Origin: Endozoicomonas acroporae | GTDB taxonomy: Bacteria; Pseudomonadota; Gammaproteobacteria; Pseudomonadales; Endozoicomonadaceae | NCBI RefSeq assembly: GCF_002864045.1 | Contig: NZ_PJPV01000057.1 | Span: 14,626 to 46,625, forward strand | Reading direction: 5' to 3' | DNA: 32,000 bases | In this document: positions 21,964-30,900 of the stretch, one piece after another | Layout of the letters: every line of letters begins with the position of its first letter | How positions within the stretch are numbered: position 1 is the stretch's first letter | Notes under the pieces: generated by a model | The model's database searches: none | Seen by the model: only the letters and a program-made list of their open reading frames with translations | What the model was told of the DNA's origin: nothing | Program-made: the position numbers and the translations under genes

Positions 21964-22761
21964 ATGAAAAAAATTGTATTACTTACATGTCTTTTATTTT
22001 CGTCATTGCTACGCGCAAATGCATTCGATCCCGGTCAGTACAGCGTTGCACCACTGTTGCCCGAAAAGTTGGTTGTGGTGCGTAGCCAGGTGTCCGGTGT
22101 TGTCGATGCCTACAACTTTGAAAATGGGGATCCGGTCAAAAAGGGCAACGCTCTGTTAGCCATCTCCGCCAGGGATTACACGCTCAATCTCAATCTGGCC
22201 AGATATGAGCTGGATGTGAGCAAAAGTGAGCTGGCAACCCAGCAGAAACAGTTGGCACGCTTTCAGTCCCTGTACAAGACCAAAGGTATCTCCGCCAGTG
22301 ATCTGGATAACCAGACCCGGTTGACCAATATCAGCCAGGCACAGCATAATGCCAGCAATGTCCGATACGACATTGCCCGGGAAACCCTGAACAAGTCTGC
22401 TCCCAAGGCACCGTTTTCCGGTGTGATTGTTGAGCGTACTGTCGAGCTTGGGCAGTTTATCTCTGTCGGTGATCCTCTCTATACCATCGTTGATACCCAG
22501 CAGCTCAAAGCACGTTTTCATCTTCTGGAAGCGGACTTTACTCGCCTGAAAAAAGGCGACCAACTGAAGGTGGTTGTACCATCCATCGGGCAGTCATTGA
22601 CCGGTCATGTGACTGTACTCTCTCCTGCTATTCAGGCAGATGCCCCCGGATTTCTGGTGGAGGTCACCGTTAATAACCGTGCCGGCAAACTGAGTGCCGG
22701 TATGGAGTCTCGCGTTTATCTGGACGTCACTGGTCGTACAACCGCAGGGGAAGCACGATGA
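21964..22761 (+). CDS. efflux RND periplasmic adaptor (membrane fusion protein), short form
   Basis: 265 aa with a signal peptide (MKKIVLLTCLLFSSLLRANA), a lipoyl/hairpin pattern (VRSQVSGVV...GDPVKKGNALL...coiled coil...APFSGVIVERTVELGQFISVGDPLYTI), and beta-barrel-like C-terminal strands. Its stop overlaps the permease ATG (ATGA). Confidence 0.85.
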   Translation: MKKIVLLTCLLFSSLLRANAFDPGQYSVAPLLPEKLVVVRSQVSGVVDAYNFENGDPVKKGNALLAISARDYTLNLNLARYELDVSKSELATQQKQLARFQSLYKTKGISASDLDNQTRLTNISQAQHNASNVRYDIARETLNKSAPKAPFSGVIVERTVELGQFISVGDPLYTIVDTQQLKARFHLLEADFTRLKKGDQLKVVVPSIGQSLTGHVTVLSPAIQADAPGFLVEVTVNNRAGKLSAGMESRVYLDVTGRTTAGEAR

Positions 22762-25489
22762 ACACGTTGCTGGAACTGTTATCACTGCGCAAGTTTGCTG
22801 CCAAGACGCTGACCTTTCTGATCATCGCTACCGGGGTGTTTATCGCCATCGGCCTGCCGATGGCAGAAAAGCCCCGTTACGACATGATGAGCGGCAATAT
22901 CACCACAAGTTATCCCGGTGCCACGGCACTGGATATCGAGAGCAATATCACCAGCAAGATCGAGAAAGAACTACTATTGAAGGTATCGGTGATATTCATA
23001 CCACAGACCTTCGTGATCCCGAGTTTCTGATCGCCCTGGAACCCATATCCCTGAAGCGCTACGGTCTGACCGTCGATGAAGTGGCCGCACTGGTTGCCCA
23101 GCGTAATGCTCTGATCAGCGGTGGTCGTCTGGATCAGCTGAAAAACAGCCCTGAGCTGATTACCGCTGCCGAGCTGAAAAGTGCCGAACAGTTGCGGGAG
23201 ATGATGATCGGTTTTGCCCCTCGTCTGAAGCTCAAGGATGTGGCCGGAGATATTCGGGAGAGTTTTGCCAAGGGCGAGGTCTACGGTTCGATCAATGGCA
23301 ACAAGAGTATTGTTTTCGACCTGCGCACCAATGAGAGTGGCGATGTACTGAGTACGGCTGAAAGCGTCCGCAATCTGCTGGCGAAAGAGCAGGAGCTGCT
23401 GGGCAAGAACTATACGCTGGGTGTCGGCTTTGATCTCTCTAACGAGATTCAGGAGAAAGCCTCGATTGTACAGAGTAATGGTCTGGTTGGCCTCGGTCTG
23501 GTGCTGGTAACTCTGGCACTGTTCCTGAGAAAGCGGATCGCCCTGTGGGTGGCAATATCTATCCCGGTCTGTATTTTCGGTACCCTGGCAGTGTTGCCGG
23601 CCTTTGGTCAGATTCTCGATGTCTTTACCCTGTCTGCACTGATCCTGATTATCGGCATTATTGTCGATGACGCGGTCGTGGTCAGTGATCGTATAGTGGC
23701 ACTGGTGGAAGAGGGCTACGAGCTGGAACGTGCCGTCACCGAAGGTATAAAAAACGTGTTTCCAGCGGTGCTGGCCAGCGTGCTTTCCACCATGATTGCC
23801 TTTGTGCCGCTGCTGTTCCTGCCCGGTAACAGTGGCAAGATGATGTATGTGATTCCGCTCACCGTCATTATCGCCCTCTGTTTCTCGTTTATTGATGCAC
23901 TGTTGTTTATCCCGGCACACCTGAAAGGCGTATTCAAGCAGGGAGAGGCGGTTGCCAAAAAAGGTTCCAGCCAGCTTAAGTGGCTGAATACCATCGTTGC
24001 CAGCCTGATTCGCAAGCGTGCTGTTTTCCTGCCGGTTATGGTGGCCACCATTATTGGTCTGGGGGTGGTTTCGTACCAGAGTCTGACCTATCTGTTCTTC
24101 CCGGTCGATGGTGCTTACCTTATCGAGATGGAAGCGGAGGCGGATACTGAACTTTCCCTGGATGAAGTCTGGAAAGAGACCCAGGCACTGGAAAAGATCA
24201 TCAAGAATACCCCGGAAGTGGCGGCCTGGTACGGTCAGGTCGGAACACCGGTCAGCACCTGGGGTGTCTCCCTGATACCGGCCAACCAGCGCGATCGCAA
24301 TGCCGAGCAGATCGTCGCCGACTGGGAGAAGCAGGCCGAGAGCATTACCGGTCTTGCCCAGATCGAGTTTGATGTCGATGGCGGTGGTCCGCCGGCTGGT
24401 CGTCCGGTAGACCTGCGGGTTGTCGGCGGCAGTGACGAAGGCCGGGAGAAGCTGGCCAATGACCTGGTAGCATTTTTGCAGGAGATACCCGGCAGTCATC
24501 GGGTACGGCGAGATCTCAATGCACCATCACCACAGGCGCAGGCAGTGTTGCAGTACGACTGGCTCAACTATTACGGTATCAGCGCTATGCAGGTCGGAGA
24601 TATTATCAAGTACGCTATTGATGGCCAGCGCGTGACGCGGGTCTTCAACGGTGAGGAAGAGGTTCACTTTCGTGTGGCACTTGACGACAATGATCGTCTA
24701 CCAACTGAGTTGGATGAATTGCTGGTGCGCGGCAAGAATAACCAGCTGATACCGTTACGCAAGCTGGTACGCTGGGAATTTACCGATGCTCTGGCTGGTA
24801 TCGACCATTACAACGGCAAGCGGGTAATTCGGGTTTCGGCGGGGCTGGATACCACCATAACCGATCCGGTGGCGGTCTTTGATCAGGTGCAGACCCGGTT
24901 CGCTACCGCTAACATGAGCACCGATTATCAGGGTGCGAGTATTATCGTTACCGGCCAGATTCTGGAAACCCTGGAGGCGGAGCGAGGATTTTCTGTTGCT
25001 ATCGGTTTTGCCCTGTTTGGCATCCTGCTACTGCTGTTGCTGCTGTTTGACCGTGTCTTCGAAACATTGATCGTACTGTCTGTTATTCCTTTGGGTATCT
25101 GCGGTGCGCTGTTTATCCTGTTCATCCATGGTCAGGTACTGAGCTTCTTCGCCATTATCGGTATGATCGCCCTGATCGGTATTATGGTAAACAACAGCCT
25201 GGTGCTGGTATGGCACCTGATGGAGACCGAGCAAGCGTGCACCAGGGCGAATATGGTGGAGTTTGTCATCAAGGGTACCCAGAGCCGTGTACGTCCTATT
25301 TTGCTGACAACGGTGACCACTGTTGCCGGTCTGACCCCCTTAGCCTATGGCCTCGGGGGCTACGATAACTACATGTCGCCCATGGCGCTGGTCGTTGGCT
25401 GGGGCTGCGTGATCTCGATGATGGTAACATTGACTGTGATTCCTTCCCTCTACCTGCTGGTTAAACAGCGGCAGTTTGGTAAGGCCTGA
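22758..25489 (+). pseudogene. RND efflux permease (AcrB/HAE-type), disrupted by a frameshift near 22971-22975 and apparently missing ~90 aa of periplasmic loop 1
   Basis: Frame A (22758-23030) gives TM1 plus ...YPGATALDIESNITSKIEKEL and then stops. Frame B continues TIEGIGDIHTTDLRDPEFLIALEPISLKRYGLTVDEV through 12-TM RND architecture to 25489. The first 92 codons of the 931-aa track ORF are out-of-frame read-through over the adaptor 3' end. Confidence 0.85.
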
Positions 25490-25505
25490 TCGTTGATCTT
25501 TATGC

Positions 25506-25534
25506 GGGGACTCAATAGTTGAGTCCCTTTTTTT
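25506..25534 (+). terminator. rho-independent terminator of the RND locus
   Basis: GGGACTCAA-TAG-TTGAGTCCC perfect 9-bp stem followed by T7, 17 nt after the permease stop. Confidence 0.8.
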
Positions 25535-25565
25535 ATGTAGTGGTCAAGTAAAAATGGACACCTGA

Positions 25566-25972
25566 TTAACCCGCTTTCCTGAATTCCTGTTGCTCAAAGT
25601 CCACAGGGCTCACGCAATCAAGATAGGAATGAAATCTGCGGTTGTTGTAGAACAAAATGTAATCAACAACCGCTGCTGCAACATCTGCTCTTGTTTCGAA
25701 AATATAATGGTCAGTCCTTTCCCTTTTCAGACTTCCAAAGAAACGCTCGGTCACCGCATTAAATAAGTAATATCTGTCGTATAGTCCTTATTCGCCTTCG
25801 TGACTGCAAACTCCCTGTTCAGGAGATTTTCTGCAACTGGAAACTTGTGCCTGCTATTCGTCGTCACCATGAATTTTTTCGCATACTTCACGACCAGCCC
25901 CAACCGTTTCATCAGTGTTGTTGCCTGATGGCGACCTATGCTGTAAACCTTGCTTTGCAGTGCTTTTGCCAT
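25566..25972 (-). pseudogene. IS3-family transposase OrfB remnants (DDE/rve catalytic core deleted)
   Basis: ORF 25751-25972 reads ...GRHQATTLMKRLGLVVKYAKKFMVTTNSRHKFPVAENLLNREF...DITYLMR (pre-catalytic region up to the first D). ORF 25566-25754 reads ERFFGSLKRERTDHYIFETRADVAAAVVDYILFYNNRRFHSYLDCVSPVDFE (extreme C-terminus). The roughly 150 aa that normally separate them are absent. Weaker out-of-frame similarity (LGIWQLKNG) extends to about 26010. Confidence 0.8.
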
Positions 25973-26055
25973 TCTTCAGCTGCCAAATGCCCAGTGGCTC
26001 AGATAATTTCTGTTTCCTCACCGGGCAAGCCAGTCCGGGGGGGTTCTGTACTCTG

Positions 26056-27003
26056 TTATTTTGAAGAAGGTTTTTTTGAAGAAGGTTCGTTTGAAGAAGG
26101 GTGCTTATCAACGGCAGCAGAAGCCTCAGGCTGACTGGCAGATACTGCGTCTGCATTACCCGGTGTGACCTGCTGGTCACCCGACGGCTGGTCAGTCAGG
26201 CGATCCACTGTGAGGTGCTCCAGCTCCTCCAGTGAGGCTTTGGCTGCCTGATAATCCTGAATCATTTTATCTGGTATCATCTGCTGGTCACCCGGCGGCT
26301 GACTGGTCAGGAGATCTGCAAATCTGAGGCACTTTTGCTCCAGCGTGGCTCTGACTGCCTGATAATCCCGAATCACTTCATCCCGTGTCACCTGTTGGCC
26401 ATTCAACGTCATCCCTCTCAGGTAACATTCCTCTTTATGGCGCACTAACGACAATGGGAGTAGGTCTTACTTGCAACGATGGTCATTGGCTGCCAGCAAA
26501 TCCTGCTTCATCTCATCGGGTGTCACCTGCATGCCAGCCGACATGAGCTCCCTCCTAACATTACATTCCAAATTGGATATCACTAATTTTTCTCTGAAAT
26601 CCCTTATCGCTGATTTGCACAAATTATCTTGATCTGGCAACCGGTTGAATTCTTGAATAACGTCATAGGGATTTACTTTTCGGTTGTTGTGTAGAATGTT
26701 TTGTAAGCAAAGTTTTTCCAGGAAGAGGCCACTCCTGAGAGACGTTTTATCTTTTCCATAAGCACCAAGCACATCAGCCGAGGTGATGTGACGCCCATCT
26801 AATGGTTTTTTTTCCCAAAAGGCATCCTCAATACCCTGGTCTTCCATCAGGCTGGTGGCTGTGTCTTCAAGAGACTGATGGCTTGAGATTTTTTTACCAC
26901 TGAATATACCTGTGGCGTGGTCAGTCGTCCCGCTTGAGTCGGTTGGCAGGTCACTGGCAGGCTCCGGGTGGGAGTAGATGGATGGTGTTACTGTTGCTTG
27001 CAT
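26056..27003 (-). pseudogene. orphan repeat protein, 315-codon frame interrupted by one in-frame TAA (26467-26469)
   Basis: Track ORFs 26467-27003 and 26056-26454 share one frame and are separated only by a TAA plus 4 sense codons. At least five degenerate 40-47 aa repeats run across the stop. No family recognised. Confidence 0.6.
26061..26105. repeat. 3 x 15-bp tandem repeat (TTGAAGAAGGTTnnn)
   Basis: TTGAAGAAGGTTTTT / TTGAAGAAGGTTCGT / TTGAAGAAGGGTGCT. On the minus strand it encodes the SSNEP-SSKKP-SSK tail of the repeat protein. Confidence 0.8.
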
Positions 27004-27173
27004 AATAAAGTCCTGGTGTTGAATATCAGCATCTGTTTGACCTCAAACTGTCCATTTGGTTCACACTCAGATGTGTCAATTTGCTCCATGGAGTGAAATT
27101 ACACTTCTGCAACCGGAGTACAACGGTTTTTTCTTGCACCCGGTAACTGTCAGCATTAATGTTCAAAAAAAGT

Positions 27174-27476
27174 TCAAAAAGGAGGACTTTCGCTTTTAGG
27201 AGATGCGTTTATTACTGCCCCGGCTATCTTGAGGTCAGGTTCAGAACCAGAACCAGAACCAGAACCAAAAGAGTCTCTTCGTGAAATAACTGTCCCACTT
27301 CCAAACTCATCATCTAAAAACTGAATGACCCTGGCTGGCAATGTACTCATCACTCTGTCGGCCTTGAAACCATGGGCCAGCGATAGAAAGTCATGTAGTA
27401 GATTGAGCATATTCCTGTTGGTGAGTGATGACGTGGTACTTTCATAGTCAGCTGGCCTGACTGAGCCTTGTTCCAT
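27174..27476 (-). CDS. hypothetical 100-aa protein with a (GS)4 tract. The frame stays open 58 codons further upstream, to 27650.
   Basis: ATG at 27476 with a distant AGGA. No homology recognised. The upstream open frame has no canonical start and overlaps the decayed tail of IS3 orfA. This may be a 3' gene fragment rather than a functional gene. Confidence 0.4.
   Translation of the reverse strand: MEQGSVRPADYESTTSSLTNRNMLNLLHDFLSLAHGFKADRVMSTLPARVIQFLDDEFGSGTVISRRDSFGSGSGSGSEPDLKIAGAVINASPKSESPPF
27243..27266. repeat. hexanucleotide repeat (AGAACC)4
   Basis: Four perfect tandem copies, encoding GSGSGSGS on the minus strand. Confidence 0.85.
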
Positions 27477-27655
27477 CCAATATTTTTCCTCAACCTGTTC
27501 AATACAGACAGAAAAGGCGATGATTAAGTCTTCCTCTTTTTCAGGGTCTGTTTGAACGGTACCCCGTAGATTTTCAGGTTTTAGGTAATCACCTAATATT
27601 TGCTTGACCAGCAGTTGAGGATTTCCTGCTCCATTTTCAACTGGCGATTTTCAGC

Positions 27656-27874
27656 TTACAGCTCTTTTATTCGCTGTTGATCAGGCGTCAGAGCTTGCTG
27701 CCCTTTGCCAGGAAAAGACATTTCCTTTTTTTCATTCTGCTCACGTACCCAACGTCTTAGGTTAACATCATGGATACCAAGACTTCTGGCCGTAGCAGCC
27801 TGCCCCTGTTCAACTACCATAGCAATGGCTTTACGCTTAAATTCCGGGGAATAATTCTTACGCTGCTTTGTCAC
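27656..27874 (-). pseudogene. IS3-family transposase OrfA (HTH), truncated by a nonsense codon
   Basis: MTKQRKNYSPEFKRKAIAMVVEQGQAATARSLGIHDVNLRRWVREQ...QRIKEL then TAA. Reading through the TAA gives AENRQLKMEQEIL, the usual leucine-zipper continuation (IKELEAENRQLK...), so the TAA most likely replaced GAA. No A-AAA-AAG type slippery site or orfB N-terminus follows. Confidence 0.85.
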
Positions 27875-27950
27875 TTTCTACCTCGTCATCAATGGCACTA
27901 TTGTGCTTAACGAGGTGTCCTAAGCCATTAAACCACTTCATGGCTTGAAA

Positions 27951-30900
27951 TTTCTAAGCTGCCTGTGCGGCAGTGAACTATTGGTCAGTCTGACAGTTCC
28001 ACCGCCTGCGTTTCTAAGCTGCCTGTGCGGCAGTGAACGTTTGTATGCACGAATGGACAGGACAAGCAACTTTCTAAGCTGCCTGTGCGGCAGTGAACAT
28101 CACCATCAATATTCTATAACCCGGCAAAAATTTCTAAGCTGCCTGTGCGGCAGTGAACGGAGAGTTGCTAACAGTCCAGATCGGTAAAGCATTTCTAAGC
28201 TGCCTGTGCGGCAGTGAACTCTTCAGTAATAGCTGAAAAGCTATACAGAGATTTCTAAGCTGCCTGTGCGGCAGTGAACGGAAAAGGCCCTGGCCGCTGT
28301 CTCGGAGCGGCTTTTCTAAGCTGCCTGTGCGGCAGTGAACCTCGGCAAAGATCTCGCCGATGGCTCCCCTTTTCTAAGCTGCCTGTGCGGCAGTGAACTT
28401 CAATGGTTCTCTGATCAGCCATGTTTAACATTTCTAAGCTGCCTGTGCGGCAGTGAACTGACGGTATCGAGCAAGAGATACCTATCGACCATTTCTAAGC
28501 TGCCTGTGCGGCAGTGAACGGCAGCAATCTGTCGATATTCAGCAATACCATTTTCTAAGCTGCCTGTGCGGCAGTGAACTCCCCCTTGGCAAAAATCACC
28601 AGCTGATTGTCTTTCTAAGCTGCCTGTGCGGCAGTGAACACAATTAAAATTTATAAATGCTCGTGTTCTATTTTCTAAGCTGCCTGTGCGGCAGTGAACC
28701 ATAACATCATTTTTTATCAACTGAGCGTAATTTTCTAAGCTGCCTGTGCGGCAGTGAACCGATGGCACCTCCTGAATATCGGCGCTGATCATTTCTAAGC
28801 TGCCTGTGCGGCAGTGAACTTAACCACTGCCGGAGCCGTTCCCGCGTGACGTTTCTAAGCTGCCTGTGCGGCAGTGAACACGAAACAGCACAGGGCTACA
28901 AACTAAATTTTTTTCTAAGCTGCCTGTGCGGCAGTGAACCGGAGGCTCATCAGGGAGCAACCAGCTTGTTTTTTCTAAGCTGCCTGTGCGGCAGTGAACT
29001 TCGGGGTAACGTGTGCTCAGCATGCCAGCAATTTCTAAGCTGCCTGTGCGGCAGTGAACCCAGAAGGGGGCACAGTGGTCAGGCTGGCGCTTTTCTAAGC
29101 TGCCTGTGCGGCAGTGAACGTAGATACCCTCGGATTCCGCAGGCTATTGCGTTTCTAAGCTGCCTGTGCGGCAGTGAACACTGTTTGCTGCAAGACGGAC
29201 AGGACAAGCAATTTCTAAGCTGCCTGTGCGGCAGTGAACACACGCTGCAAAATATGCTGAATCACTTCATCTTTCTAAGCTGCCTGTGCGGCAGTGAACA
29301 TACCCCGGAGACAACAGGGCATGAAATTTTATTTCTAAGCTGCCTGTGCGGCAGTGAACCTGTTGGTTAACACTGTCGCTGGCTTACAGTGTTTCTAAGC
29401 TGCCTGTGCGGCAGTGAACTGTCGTTTTATCATCGGCGCGGCTGAGGAAGTTTTCTAAGCTGCCTGTGCGGCAGTGAACGCGCTCTCTGTGTATTTGTTG
29501 TGCAGCAAACATTTCTAAGCTGCCTGTGCGGCAGTGAACCTGTTTACGCAAAAAAAGGCAATGCAAGAGCATTTCTAAGCTGCCTGTGCGGCAGTGAACA
29601 GTTCCATTTTTCTCTGGAGTTCTGCGGGGATTTTCTAAGCTGCCTGTGCGGCAGTGAACCCTGCCTGCAGGGCTTCTACTTTTTTCTTGCTTTTCTAAGC
29701 TGCCTGTGCGGCAGTGAACGTCGTAATTCAGTCTGGGATTACAGTGATGAATTTCTAAGCTGCCTGTGCGGCAGTGAACCCGAAGTTGAACATAAGCCCG
29801 TGCGTCACTCTTTTCTAAGCTGCCTGTGCGGCAGTGAACGGGGCACTGCAACAGGCGGGAGTCTCACGGGTTTTCTAAGCTGCCTGTGCGGCAGTGAACC
29901 ATAACCGTCCACCTCATCACAGAAGATCTTGTTTCTAAGCTGCCTGTGCGGCAGTGAACTTGGAATGGGTATGTGAATTTTTTTCCCAAGATTTCTAAGC
30001 TGCCTGTGCGGCAGTGAACTGTGTTTTGTTTCTTTTTGGTGACGTGTCCTTTTTCTAAGCTGCCTGTGCGGCAGTGAACGGCATCATGGTCTTTTGCCAT
30101 CCGGCTCAGCATTTCTAAGCTGCCTGTGCGGCAGTGAACAACCCAAAAACCCCCGAACCATCAGGTTCTCATTTCTAAGCTGCCTGTGCGGCAGTGAACC
30201 TGGCATGACTATGGGTGGGCGTTGTGTGATCTTTCTAAGCTGCCTGTGCGGCAGTGAACTGAAACTCATAGATAGACTGATTCCGCCAGTTTTTCTAAGC
30301 TGCCTGTGCGGCAGTGAACTTGGCCTGATGGTGAAGCAGTCGCGCCCGTTCTTTCTAAGCTGCCTGTGCGGCAGTGAACAATGGCTGGCAGGATCGACGA
30401 GTTGCAGAGGATTTCTAAGCTGCCTGTGCGGCAGTGAACGGGGTCTGGTATGGCGCTCACCAGTGCGCAAATTTCTAAGCTGCCTGTGCGGCAGTGAACC
30501 TGATCTGAGCCTTTTCAACCGTGACCCGCTGTTTCTAAGCTGCCTGTGCGGCAGTGAACCAAGCCAGGCTATTCATGAAGCGTTTGCTCTGTTTCTAAGC
30601 TGCCTGTGCGGCAGTGAACACCTTTTGAGCTGCCTTTGCATTCCCCCGCAATTTCTAAGCTGCCTGTGCGGCAGTGAACAATGAACAGATTGATATTGCC
30701 AGTCTGCTACTTTTCTAAGCTGCCTGTGCGGCAGTGAACGTGACCATATTCATGATGCCAGGTCTGTTCCATTTCTAAGCTGCCTGTGCGGCAGTGAACA
30801 CAGCTGATGAATGATCTGGTAACCGGCCTTGTTTCTAAGCTGCCTGTGCGGCAGTGAACTAACCGTCATTTTATATTTGCCTTTTTCAAAATTTCTAAGC

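Larger units (their letters stand above)
25536..27940 (-). mobile_element. degenerate IS3-family element (2405 bp) bounded by imperfect terminal inverted repeats, with a foreign ~1.55-kb interior
   Basis: Left end is TGTAGTGGTCAAGTAAAAATGGACACCTGA (25536-25565). The reverse complement of the right end is TGAAGTGGTTTAATGGCTTAGGACACCTCG (27940-27911). They match at 8/9 terminal and 8/8 subterminal (GGACACCT) positions, with TG...CA termini typical of IS3. orfA lies next to one IR and the orfB C-terminus next to the other. The flanking 3 bp differ (TTA vs TGG), so there is no target-site duplication. Confidence 0.6.

Noticed and set aside
22910-24499. 529-aa minus-strand ORF inside the RND permease
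   Set aside because: This is a long antisense shadow ORF with low-complexity, Gln/His/Arg/Asp-rich content and no recognisable domain. The plus strand encodes a collinear 12-TM RND protein.
25854-26180. 108-aa minus-strand ORF
   Set aside because: It is an out-of-frame reading across the transposase remnant and the 15-bp tandem repeat. It overlaps the better-supported repeat-protein 3' end.
28295-28315. Spacer 6 partially matches lpxC (window 45-65): CGCTGTCTcGGAGCGGCT vs CGCTGTCTgGGAGCGGCT, 17/18
   Set aside because: Only the leader-proximal 18 of 33 nt match. The similarity continues into the repeat (TTT), which a real protospacer would not do. The position 5' of the would-be protospacer is AA, not the I-F CC PAM. 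My rough expectation for such a hit by chance in this window is low but not negligible, so I treat it as coincidence unless a genome-wide spacer self-match scan says otherwise.
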